Source of the DNA: Macrostomum hystrix
Taxonomy: Eukaryota; Animalia; Platyhelminthes
Direction: 5' to 3'
Assembly: GCA_950097015.1 (NCBI GenBank)
Contig: CATNEN010000001.1
Coordinates: 558,001-622,000, forward strand
Length of the DNA: 64,000 nucleotides
Made by a program: the position numbers and the translations under genes. Below the pieces are notes generated by a model. That model did not search any database. It was not told the DNA's origin and saw only the letters and a list, made by a program, of their open reading frames with translations. Shown here piece by piece: positions 36,860-49,586 of the stretch (positions within the stretch are counted from its first letter, which is position 1; the number at the start of each line of letters is the position of its first letter).

Positions 36860-39744
36860 ACGACTGTCGACATCGGGCACAGCGATTTCGAGAGAGGTTA
36901 GGCGACGCTGAAAGTGTTTGAGCTGGTACAGGTGAGCGTGAAACTGAATTGAACTGAGTGGAAGCTAACTGATGGACCCAGTGAGGTTGCAGATTTTGTG
37001 TCTAGCTGTTGTTGATTTATCCCCCCATTAGAAAACGACATAAATAGCGTCCGCTGTTCTAGGCGCTGTCACTTTGTTGTCATAGCAACATTTAATTCAA
37101 ATCCCTTGGTTAAAACTCCTAGTCGTCTTATTATTAGACAAACCGAAGCACTTACAAACAAGAAAGTTTACCAGTAGCTGTATCGAAGGTCAACAATGCC
37201 GTCGCTATGCAAACGTATCTAGGCAAACGTGCGTTGGGAGCGTTGTTGTCTATTTATTTTTTAGAAAGCTTTGTCTTTGTCCAAGCGGATTAATTCACCA
37301 CAACGACCATTTCGAAAGTTTTTTGACAAGCTCATTTCAATGTGATTTTTATTCTACATATAATAGCTTTACTTTATCTGCGAGAGTAATTGTGGTCAAA
37401 ATTGTTACAACTTACACTTTCATCATGCATTAGACATTTTTCTGCATAATCGCAATAGAGTTGACAATTTATCTTTCTATTTATATTAGTTATATTATAT
37501 ATATATACCCGCATCAAAGCGCACTGCATATTAAAAAGTAGATTTGTTTTAACTCTTCATTTCACACGCTTTCATCTCATTGAGTATGGTTTGACTGGCA
37601 ACGCTCACTTTACTGAATCTCACTGGTTCATTGACATGAAATTGCAGATTATAAATACGAGAATTATCCCCAAGTAAACAAAGAAATTTCAAACTTTGCA
37701 AATAGGTCGTCATTATATTTCAACGGCATGTCTCAGTAAAGTGACCATTGCAACTATCTTAATGTCATAAGAAAAGAAGTAATATTTTATTTTGTACTTT
37801 TTCTAGTCTATTTCGCATTATAGTTTGTGCTTAATCTACCTGTTTAAAAACAGCATACAAAGGAATATTTTCTACAAGTATCACTGTTTATCAGCGTCTA
37901 AATTTAGAGTTCAAGAATTTATTTATCAATACCCGTATTACTGAATTTTCGTAATATTACGAAGCATCTATTGCGTCAAATATCGATTGAAAACATGACA
38001 TTTTGTGAGTCACTTTGGACCTTATACACCATTGGCCTAAGATTATTTTGCTTTGTTATTTGCGTTGTTGAGATCGCTTTTACATTCTATAATGTTTATT
38101 TTACTATTCCCAAAAGCGTCTAAACGCTTAATCAAAAATGCTTGTTTACTGCTATAGTTTTATGCCTGTGATTTCCGGATTTTTTTATAGGTGGTAGAAC
38201 CGAACGACCAAAAAGTCTAGTAGGAACAAACAGTTTTATTAATGATTTGTCACTAATTTGTTATTCTGATATCTGATATCTGGTAATTTGTTTAATTTCA
38301 GTGATGAGTGATTTTTCAGTTAAGTATTCTTCTATAACTGTAATATTTCACGCGGCTAATTTCTGTGTTGTGAATTCTTTTTGTACACCTCATCCACCTT
38401 ATATCCAAAGCTTTTAAAAACGTTTGTATTTTTAGTATAAAATACGTTCCGTTTATACATATAACTATAACGTGACCAATTTTAATCCCATTTGTCATTA
38501 ACTCGAGACTATTAAATAGCAAGTTTAGAAGTTAATAGAGAGTCTGTCGTAGTAGTATCACACTTTAGCTGTCGGATTTGAAGTCATGAATGTGAATTTT
38601 CGTGTGTTTTTGCGTGTCAAGTCCTTTTCCCTTATTAAACACTCAAGTTTTACGCAAAGACAATTTATACAGATTATTTAATTATTGCAACCAATTTATT
38701 TTTAACTTTGCTGTTTGTACCGTTATGTCATAACGATGTTAAGTTTACTTACTTATATTTCCCGTAGCTGTACTCTCGTGTTTAAAATTTCCACAAACAA
38801 GTTAAACAAAAAACTAAGTCAACAAGTTATTTTTCGCGTCCCTGCACCCACTACGATTTGCTGTGTTGACACTTTTGTTGTGAGTTTCAGATGAAATTAA
38901 TTCAGTCCCTATTAATCGGTGTCTTAAATTTATTGTGAAACGGAAAGATTAAAACAAATTAATTTGCTGCTACGAAAAGGAAGACAGAATCTATATCAAA
39001 GTTTTATTTCAATGATGCGATATGCAATTTATTCAGCTGATGACTATAAATACTATAACATACACACTCCAAATGATATAAAACTCGCATATGTAGTAAG
39101 TTAGCAGTTTAGTCCTGTAATATCTGTTGCATGTTTTTCAGTGTGTTAAAGAAACTAAAATATATTAAGCTCGTGTATCGTCAATGTTTCTATATATGTA
39201 CAAAAATGACAAAAGCACAAATTTTCTATGCTCGCTGGTTTTCTTGTTTTACTGACTTAATAATTTTTGCCGAGAGAAATCAACTCAAAATGACACAAGA
39301 AACCAAACACCGTCACAATAAGTACCTATCTACCAAATTGTTTGCGCATATCAGTAGGATTTTATGACAAGTGAAAAAAAATAATCTGCGTTATTTATAC
39401 ACCCGAAAAAAAGTTAAACATACGCAAAATTATAGCTAAATTCTTATCGGAGTGACTATCTAAACTTGCTATGCTGAAGTTGCGTATACTTTTTCAGGTT
39501 TTTTTATAATAACCATGTCCTTATAATGTAACTGGAGAAAACATAAAACATGTAACTGAACTTGTTGCTATAGATGCTTGAAGATATCTTCCGTAAATTC
39601 AAACTTATCCAAAAAACTATAGACCTAATTGTTTTTTCTCTATTCGCAACACACCCTCCAGTGTCCTCTTAAATTTCTCTTTTTGGCTTCTCATTTTCAT
39701 CTCTTATACTCTTCTTTTTCTCCTTTTTATGACTCTTCCTCAAT

Positions 39745-40320
39745 CTCCCTGTCACTCTCTCCCTGTCTCTCTCTGTCACTCTCTCCCTGTCTCTCCCAGT
39801 CACTCTCTCCCTGTCTCTCTCTGTCACTCTCTCCCTGTCTCTCCCAGTCACTCTCTCCCTGTCTCTCTCTGTCACTCTCTCCCTGTCTCTCCCAGTCACT
39901 CTCTGTCACTCTCTCCCTGTCTCTCCCAGTCACTCTCTCCCTGTCTCTGTCACTCTCTCCCTGTCTCTCCCAGTCACTCTCTGTCACTCTCTCCCTGTCT
40001 CTCCCTGTCTCTCCCTGTCACTCTCTCCCTGTCTCTCCCTGTCACTCTGTCCCTGTCTCTCTCCCTGTCACTCTCTCCCTGTCTCTCCCAGTCACTCTCT
40101 GTCACTCTCTCCCTGTCTCTCCCTGTCACTCTCTCCCTGTCTCTCTCTCTGTCACTCTCTCCCTGTCACTCTCTCCCTGTCTCTCTCCCTGTCACTCTCT
40201 CCCTGTCACTCTCTCCCTGTCTCTCTCTCTGTCACTCTCTCCCTGTCACTCTCTCCCTGTCACTCTCTCCCTGTCACTCTCTCTGTCACTCTCTCTCTGT
40301 CACTCTTTCCCTGTCATACC
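39745..40320. repeat. Pyrimidine-rich degenerate tandem repeat (ctctccctgtca variants)
   Basis: Direct inspection. Confidence 0.93.
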
Positions 40321-40801
40321 CTCTTTCTTTAACAACCATCTTTCTTTTGTTTCTTTTATCACAAAAAAGATATCATTCTTAATTCCCGCTCAGAGCAGAT
40401 TTTTATTTCAACTGACAAATTGGAAATTGATTGGCGGGAAAATGACGGGCAAATATTGATTAGAGTAGGGTCGAAGGAATGAGAATGTTAGCCCGCACAA
40501 TACAAGCAGTCACGCAGTACTAACTCGCCTTTACTATTTCACTAGTTACAATCTATTATGGCGAAGAAATGCGAGAACCTCGTGACTATCCTGTAAGTAA
40601 AGAAAGTGAATAGCGATGACGGATGCGGGATTTGTATGGATTGTGTGCGGGCATGCATCGTCCCATCGCTTCTTCTCAGTCTTGTTCCCTGTATAGTTTT
40701 CTAATAGATTTCTTACTACAAAAAGAGACGAAATTAAGACAGCGGAAAGGAAATCAGGAGTTAGGAAGATCAAAACAAAGGAGGAGGTGGAAGAGAGGAT
40801 G

Positions 40802-42645
40802 AAGGAGACTGAGGAGAGACAGAAGGAGACTGAGGAGAGACAGAAGGAGACTGAGGAGAGACAGAAGGAGACTGAGGACAGACAGAAGGAGACTGAGGAG
40901 AGACAGAAGGAGACTGAGGACAGACAGAAGGAGACTGAGGACAGACAGAAGGAGACTGAGGAGAGACAGAAGGAGACTGAGGACAGACAGAAGGAGACTG
41001 AGGACAGACAGAAGGAGAGGGAGGACAGACAGAAGGAGACTGAGGAGAGACAGAAGGAGACTGAGGAGAGACAGAAGGAGACTGAGGAGAGACAGAAGGA
41101 GACTGAGGACAGACAGAAGGAGACTGAGGAGAGACAGAAGGAGACTGAGGAGAGACAGAAGGAGACTGAGGACAGACAGAAGGAGAGGGAGGACAGACAT
41201 AAGGAGAGGGAGGACAGACAGAAGGAGACTGAGGAGAGACAGAAGGAGACTGAGGAGAGACAGAAGGAGACTGAGGAGAGACAGAAGGAGACTGAGGAGA
41301 GACAGAAGGAGACTGAGGAGAGACAGAAGGAGACTGAGGACAGACAGAAGGAGACTGAGGAGAGACAGAAGGAGACTGAGGACAGACAGAAGGAGACTGA
41401 GGAGAGACAGAAGGAGACTGAGGAGAGACAGAAGGAGACTGAGGACAGACAGAAGGAGAGGGAGGACAGACAGAAGGAGAGGGAGGACAGACAGAAGGAG
41501 ACTGAGGAGAGACAGAAGGAGACTGAGGACAGACAGAAGGAGACTGAGGACAGACAGAAGGAGACTGAGGAGAGACAGAAGGTGGGGGAGGACAGACAGA
41601 AGGAGAGGGAGGACAGACAGAAGGAGACTGAGGAGAGACAGAAGGAGACTGAGGAGAGACAGAAGGAGACTGAGGAGAGACAGAAGGAGACTGAGGACAG
41701 ACAGAAGGAGACTGAGGAGAGACAGAAGGAGACTGAGGAGAGACAGAAGGAGACTGAGGACAGACAGAAGGAGAGGGAGGACAGACATAAGGAGAGGGAG
41801 GACAGACAGAAGGAGACTGAGGAGAGACAGAAGGAGACTGAGGAGAGACAGAAGGAGACTGAGGAGAGACAGAAGGAGACTGAGGAGAGACAGAAGGAGA
41901 CTGAGGAGAGACAGAAGGAGACTGAGGACAGACAGAAGGAGACTGAGGAGAGACAGAAGGAGACTGAGGACAGACAGAAGGAGACTGAGGAGAGACAGAA
42001 GGAGAGGGAGGACAGACAGAAGGAGACTGAGGAGAGACAGAAGGAGACTGAGGACAGACAGAAGGAGACTGAGGAGAGACAGAAGGAGACTGAGGAGAGA
42101 CAGAAGGAGACTGAGGACAGACAGAAGGAGACTGAGGAGAGACAGAAGGAGACTGAGGAGAGACAGAAGGAGACTGAGGACAGACAGAAGGAGACTGAGG
42201 AGAGACAGAAGGAGACTGAGGACAGACAGAAGGAGACTGAGGAGAGACAGAAGGAGACTGAGGAGAGACAGAAGGAGACTGAGGAGAGACAGAAGGAGAC
42301 TGAGGAGAGACAGAAGGAGACTGAGGAGAGACAGAAGGTGGGGGAGGACAGACAGAAGGAGAGGGAGGACAGACAGAAGGAGAGGGAGGACAGACAGAAG
42401 GAGACTGAGGAGAGACAGAAGGAGACTGAGGACAGACAGAAGGAGACTGAGGACAGACAGAAGGAGACTGAGGAGAGACAGAAGGAGACTGAGGACAGAC
42501 AGAAGGAGACTGAGGAGAGACAGAAGGAGACTGAGGAGAGACAGAAGGAGACTGAGGACAGACAGAAGGAGACTGAGGAGAGACAGAAGGAGACTGAGGA
42601 GAGACAGAAGGTGGGGGAGGACAGACAGAAGGAGAGGGAGGACAC
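40802..42645. repeat. 21-bp purine-rich minisatellite (gagactgaggagagacagaag), ~88 copies
   Basis: Direct inspection; the variants show higher-order duplication. Confidence 0.97.
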
Positions 42646-43632
42646 AAGGAGAGGGAGGAAAGTGGGTAGGATGAGCTGCAGAAGAAGGGTGCAAGAAGAG
42701 AAGCAAATAAGATAAACGAGTGAGCGAAAGAAATTGACAATTGAGGTTGCACCCGACTAGCTCAAAAGCAATCTGATTTGAGTGTATGTGTGTGTGTGCG
42801 TCAGGAACGAATGATAAGATATGATCGATGTCCAAGAGTTCGCATTGTCTCCAATGCCGGTATGGAATATAAAGAGTCTTAGAACCAATTCAAAGTATAG
42901 CCCTATTATATATTTGATGAGATTCTTGAGAAAAACATATTATATCTAATCAGACTATTATTTGACTAGGATGTAATATTACCGGAGTCGTAATTGTTAA
43001 TTCTCGAATATTCCAGTACTACTGTTACATCGGGTAGTTGTATTAGATGCGTTGATCTAATCTTTTGTAGATCTTCTATAATAAGATGTCAGTTTGAAAA
43101 TTAAAACAAAAAACTAATTTATTCTATTAGCGGAAGTGTTTCAACGATATAAAAAATGTTCCACTGCCTCGTTGCTGATGCTAAATTCTCATTAGGTTAA
43201 TGAGGATATTGTAGAGCAGGTATCTAATTACAACAATTTGGGAAGTTTTGCAGGTGTAAAGAAATAACTACAGGTATATATATTTATAGCAATAATTCTA
43301 ACAAAACATCTAACTTAACTGGAAATTTGTTAACGTTAGAACGACCACGCTTTTCCATCCCCACGAGGTATTTCAATTAAAAGTAAATCTGACAATAAGC
43401 TTTTACTATTTTGTTTAAATTATGTTTCGTCTGTTGGATAGCAATATAAAATACTTTTTTGTCCACCTACCCTTTCCACGTACTGAAAAACTGAACACAA
43501 AGGTGGTGTCAGTCTACACAAATCAATCCATGTACTTTAACAGGCTGTTAGCTACACAATGTCTCTACTGGAAGATTCAGAAACGATTAACAATAAAATA
43601 GTTTTATTTTTTAGGTATTTCACACATGAAAG

Positions 43633-45984
43633 TCATTCTTCTTTAGCGTCGTCGTCTCCCACCTGGTCGCGAGTTCCGTCCGTTTCGTTCGCCTTCATCT
43701 CCTCGGCGTCTTCTTCAATAGCGTCGTCGCAACTGCCAGATCCGGAAGGTTTCACTTCGCCGAAGTCGCTAGCGAGTCGCAGACGCATTCGCAGACTGCG
43801 CATCAGTTCAGGCGACAGGTATATCGCAGCGGCCCATGGCGCGTCGTCTCGGCTATCATCGACGACCACCGACGCCCTCGCTGCTGGCTTCTTGATGTTC
43901 GTACAGCCCGCTAAGCGAGCCAGACCACGTACGACTTCTCTGCAGTCGTCAGCTTCGTCTAGTCGACGACAGCCGATGCGCCAGGAGTTGACGTCGAATC
44001 TGCTGCCTGACGGAGGCTGAATACCGGCTACAAATCTGGAAGTTCGGGAGTTGAGTTCTATATTCTGGACAATTTGTGTACTTCAGCAAGACATTTAAGT
44101 CTGCATCGCTTGGCCAGTTTAGCCAGCTGTTAAACGGGGTATCAGAATAATGGCACATCATTTGGTGACACTAGACCCGCAGCCAGCGAGCAGGCAATTC
44201 TGCCCATTTCGCTGACTCCTAAGCACACACGCACACAGACACAGCACACGCTCACACAGGTGCGCACATCCGCTCTGACTTTCCAATCGTCAGGCAGTGT
44301 ACACGTAAATTGGACGACAAGCCCCCCAACCCTTCTCTCCGCGGCTGCACCCCAAATGAATGTGGCCTCGGAAACGAGCTCAGGGACCTTGGTGCGAGAG
44401 GCAAACGCGTTAGACCGGGTACCAGATGGGCAATAGAGGGTGGGTGTGGCGTCCTACATCCACCCAGTCCATGGACTGAGCATCTGACCCAAATTAAGGA
44501 CATTGGGGCTATAAAAAAGCCATTCTGCGAGTTCGCGCATCAGCTCGCCTTGAACATAAACGACCACCTGACCTTGCCTTCCTGCGCACCATGGCCTGCT
44601 CCAGCTCCGGCCTGCTCGAGTATTCGAACTCGGCCAGATTCAAACCAGGCGTCATTAGCAACCCGGCGAAGCGACCGGCGCAGCTGTCGTTGCTAAGGCC
44701 GGAGCCGCCGCTGGCAACAAGCGGCACCGACACCAACTGAGCGTTGGCGAGAAGCTTTGACAGGCGAGCCTGGTTGTTCGCCACACGCGCCAGTCTCTCC
44801 GGGCTGGCGAAGGCTTCCTCGCTGCCTCTGGATAGTCGCAGAGTTCGATCCTTGAAGGCGATGCCCACGGTCATTAGCTCGGTTTCGGCTGTGAGCCCGT
44901 CCATGGACGGCCGGCCACCGTCTGCTAGGGCTCTTAGCTGCGGCCGAAACTCATTCAGGTAGTCTAACACCTGCAGGGTTTGTTGTTAGCGACGCCCTGA
45001 CTTATTGGTCACGATTCTAGAGCCGTTAGACACAGTTACATACTGTTAGATTGGGCTCTAAGCTGTTAGATTGGGTTCTGACCTGTTAGATTGGATTCTA
45101 AGCTGTTAGACACGATTTTCAACTATTAGACAGTGACATAAACCTGTCAGACAGGTTCCTGTTTGAGGCAGCCTAAAAAATGCTCATAAAAAAGCGTTCT
45201 CTTAAGCTTACCTGCCAAGCGGTCAATTCCGAGTTCAATAGCGGCGTAGCCACCGCGCTGAGCAGCTGCTCAAAGTCCTCGCTAACAGCCAGTCGATAGT
45301 CAGTGCTGCAGAACTGGACAAACCGAGCCACAGCCAGAGCCGGTCGAAGACTGGCTGGCGGATTTCTCCGAGCGAAGGCCCAGACCTACAAGGCCATGTC
45401 GAGAAAACAGTTTTTTTTCTAAGAAACTGCCGTTTAAAGTTCGATGGCGGTCGTCAACCAACCTGAGCTGCTGGCAGTTCTCCATCCTGATGGTGCAGAG
45501 CCACATGCGGCAGGCCAGCCAAGCCGGGCGCTCTGGCTTTCAGGCGCCCGAATACGTGCACCACAACGCCACGATCGGCTAGTCGCCTCAGGAAGCTGGC
45601 CTCAGCCGGGCTGTCTGGAGCGCAGTCGAGATACACCAGCACCAATCGGCAGGTTGATTCCGCAGCGTCAGCGGCTGTGGCGTCTTGATGAGCCAGGGTT
45701 TCGCGTACAGCTTCCTGGAGCTCGGCTAGGCACACATCCGATCCGTCGTGACCAACTGCCTGCCAGTCCACACTGCCAGCTGGAACTCCGCAAACGCCGT
45801 TGTCCTCGTCGTCTACTTCGGCATCCGTTTGAGCTGCGGCGGTTGCTAGGGCCGCAGACAATCTGGTGGCATGCCAGCTCAGCACGGAGACAAGGGCCTG
45901 CTGTGGCACGTGGCCAGTCTGTCGATCACACGGCACCACAACAATGTGATGCTGCGTCACACCGTTCGCCTCAAGCGATTGCAT
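43633..45984 (-). CDS. Hypothetical protein, 4 exons (45984-45463, 45385-45212, 44970-~44570, ~44020-43633), ~500 aa
   Basis: GC-rich ORF blocks joined by phase-0 GT-AG introns for the first two junctions; the third junction is ambiguous. No recognisable domain. Confidence 0.6.
44152..44490. mobile_element. SINE family B (minus, 44152-44412) joined to a SINE family A fragment (plus, ~44415-44490)
   Basis: Homology to the other B copies, followed by gagggtgggtgtggcgtcc...cagtccatggactgag of family A. Intronic. Confidence 0.7.
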
Positions 45985-46869
45985 CTGCGATTCGGCAGCA
46001 GCAGCAGCAATTGGCGGCTTGGTTGTCAAGGCTAGTTTGAGAACTGTACAAAATACTAATGCCCTCGCTTCTATAACAGTTTCTAGGGCCGGTGTAGGAG
46101 GGTGTGAGCATAGAGGTATAATATGTTTGAGGTGACAGCTACTTACTTGAGGTACAGGGGTTGGGTTTATCTGCTCAGGTTTTTTAAGAAAAAAGTAAGC
46201 TATAATTGACCTGCAACGGCTAGGCTTAGTCTGAGCCACAGCACTCGGTCTCAGTTCGCATAGATCTGTGTAATTTGTGTCTCCGATTCTGCATTGTCCA
46301 GGGGGAGGTATCTGTCTTAAGACTGCATCACCTGCCTGCCTGGTGTCACACTGAAATTTATAATTCCATTTCTGTCCAGAAATTGCGCACACATTCTATC
46401 CTATAAAGCATGGCGCCTTTCTCACGACTCGGAAAATGATTGCATCTAAAAAGTACACAATGCAAATGCGTTGCATGTACCTGAAAAGCAGTTAGGCTTT
46501 CTAAATAATGAGTGCTGTTCAATGGGTCCAGCAAACAAAGACTCATGCATAGCAACAGAATTGAAAAAAGAGAAATTTTTACCTACTTTCCTGTTCATTA
46601 TAAATGGCTTCATTGGATTGTGACTAAGAATGAATGGATGAATAGACTCGTGTTTTTTGCAAGAAAAGTCATTTTTAATGGCAGTGCGCGGTCGGAATGA
46701 AAGGATAGCCGTAAAGTTAAAAAAACTAGTTCACTATTCAGGTAAGATTTTTTTAATAAAATACGGATCTTTTAGACTATTTTGGGACAATAATGCTAGC
46801 CTTAGCGCGCCATTCGTTTAAAGTGTTACAAAGATTAGATGAGACACAGATATAAGTTGAGTCACGGCA

Positions 46870-47425
46870 TAGATGAGACAGGGGAGAGATGAGACATGGG
46901 AGAGATGAGACATGGGAGAGATGAGACATGGGAGAGATGTGACAGGGGAGAGATGAGACAGGGGGATGAGACATTGGAGAGATGAGACAGCGGAGAGATG
47001 GGACAGGGGATAGATGAGACAGGGGAGGGATGAGGTAGAGATTAGAAAAGATGAGATGGGAAACAATGGAGTGATGTGACAGGGGAGAGATGAGACAGGG
47101 GAGAGATGAGACATGGGAGAGATGAGACATGGGAGAGATGAGACAGAGGAGAGATGAGACAGGGAAGGGATGAGACAGAGATGAGAAAAGACAGGGGATG
47201 GATGAGAAAGGGAAGAGTTGAGACACGGGAGAGATGAGACAGGGGATGGATGAGACAGGGGAGAGATGAGACTAGACTAGACTAGACTAGACTAGAGACT
47301 AGACTAGATGAGACAGGGAAGGGATGAGACAGAGATGAGAAAAGACAGGGGAGAGATGAGAAAGGGAAGAGTTGAGACATGGGAGAGATGAGACAGGGAG
47401 AGATGAGACAGGGGAGAGATGAGAC
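46870..47425. repeat. ~17-bp purine-rich minisatellite (gagatgagacagggga) with an embedded (ctaga)n microsatellite
   Basis: Direct inspection. Confidence 0.92.
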
Positions 47426-49586
47426 TATCCGATAAAATAACTTACAGAGTACTCATCAGCATGTTCGAGATATTGAAAGATTATCGTCAGGATATCTGGT
47501 TATACGCATAATGTTTCTGCTCACAAAAATTCAGCATGGAACCGTGTCAACTAATATTGTGATTATTGTTAATTATTATCATCTTGAACCATAGTCTATG
47601 ACAATATAGATGCGCCATAGAGTATCATAGAGAGCAATTTTAGCTGTCCTTGTCACCAGGGTCTTCGACAAGAATCGCTGAATAACTCGACGATGCTGAC
47701 GTCGGACGGCTTTGAAAGTTGGTTCATCGGACGTTGTATGCGTGTATAGGTTTCGGAGGGGATACTTTTAGCGCGGCTGCTTGTCGGCAGTGGTTTCTCA
47801 AGTTGCATTCTCCTTCTCTTCCCATCCATCCTTCGTGCCGCAGCTCTCAGCAATTCAATCATCCTGTAGCCCAGTTTCCTCCGACAGCGGATTCTTTACC
47901 AACCACTTACCCCCTCATCTCCAGCACAGGAGTTGCTATGCTCATACTGCATGCTGGGTGCACGCAGAGGCACTTTTCTTTTTCATTTTCCTCATCCGAA
48001 GCCTGAAGCGCGTGGGCGGAGGAGGACAGCAGAAACTGGCTGCCGTCGGCGGGAGAGAGGAAAGTAAGGACAGGCTGACAGACAGACAGACAGACAGACG
48101 GGAACAGAGAATGGGAGAAATGTAGACTAAAACAAGGAGGCCGACAAACGCCACCCCTCGGGGGATTTGAAGACGAATGACAGCCCGTAGGAGACGACGA
48201 ATACACCTGAGGCGAGCAGCGCAGACGAAGGGATTTTTTTCCTCGTCAAATCCTCAATGCTGTTTGATATGCAGGGTCGTTTTTTGCCGACCGGCTGGCA
48301 ACAGACAGGATGAAGATTGGAACAAAATTGTTGCGTTTAAAATGTTACATTTTTTTCAAAACCAAATTTGAAGACACGAATATATATTTTTCTTCATCAA
48401 GAAAAATCCTGCCGATGAAGGCAGATTAGTGATTCGGGGATTAGATTTACCTGCCTAGGGAAACCTTACCCTGTGATCTGAGGTGGGCAGAATTTTTCTG
48501 ACGTTCTTCATCATTGACCAAACTGAAGCATTCTCGGATTTAATCAGACTGCAAATTTCTTGACGGGCAAGCGAAATATGAAGATTTATTTTTTCCGAAT
48601 TTATTTTCTGCAAAATTGCAGAATTTTTTTAATTGTTAAAATTTGTTAAAAAATTAAAGAATTTTGTAACAATTTCAGATGAAAATTTAAGTTCCTAGAA
48701 ATTTTAGAATTAAAAATTTAGAATCAAATAGAGATTTTTTACGAGTAAGAAACACAGAAAGTTAATCAATTTTGTCGACTTGACAAATTGGTTATTGATT
48801 ATTATTGATAGCGCTTAATAATAACATTATAACCCCTTTTTGTTATAACTGAAAACTTCTTTGATAAAAAACTATTAAAATATTGGTTTGTGCGTAGTCA
48901 GAAATTTAAATTCAGAGACAAGAAAATAAAATGTTTATTAAAAGACCTCATAAAATGTCTTTGCCGCTACTTACTAATTTTATTTGTTAGTAGATTCATA
49001 GGAAACGTTCATTTTCTATCGATGGAACACACACTTGATTAAATGTACCAGTTAGTGGCAAGGTCTATGCGTTACATTCAATAGTTTTATTCAAATTAAG
49101 CTATGAAAAATGAATATTTATTGTAATATTTTTAAGAACACATTTATGAGTATAAATTCGATCTGGAAGCATAGTATAATAGTTTTCAATCGAAAAAGTA
49201 AGAATGCTTTTCGAAGTTTTCGGGCATTTTTACATAGTGTGTACTTTCGATTGATCAAAATTCTTCATTTTGATGAAGTTAGCACCCAAAAAATATATGA
49301 AGAAAATTTTACTTAAAAATGAACAAATAAAGCATAAATGGCGCATTTTTGTGAGCTAACGTGAACTAATAAAGTTCATTAGACTAAAGAACAATACATT
49401 TTTTATGAGCAAACTTTTTTTGAGGGAAAATATGTAAAAAATGGTTAGAAATCAACGTTATAAATGATCATTCACACCTCTAAAGTTAGTTTCCCTACAA
49501 AAAGCACACCTAAACTACTTTAGTTTTAGTTTTACTAGAACTAACACATTGAAATCAGCTTAACGAATCAATTAAATAAGTTGTCT

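Noticed and set aside
40787-42715. 642-aa ETEERQK heptad protein and the three antisense ORFs
   Set aside because: A 21-bp stop-poor repeat opens several frames on both strands by composition alone. No splice or flanking coding evidence.
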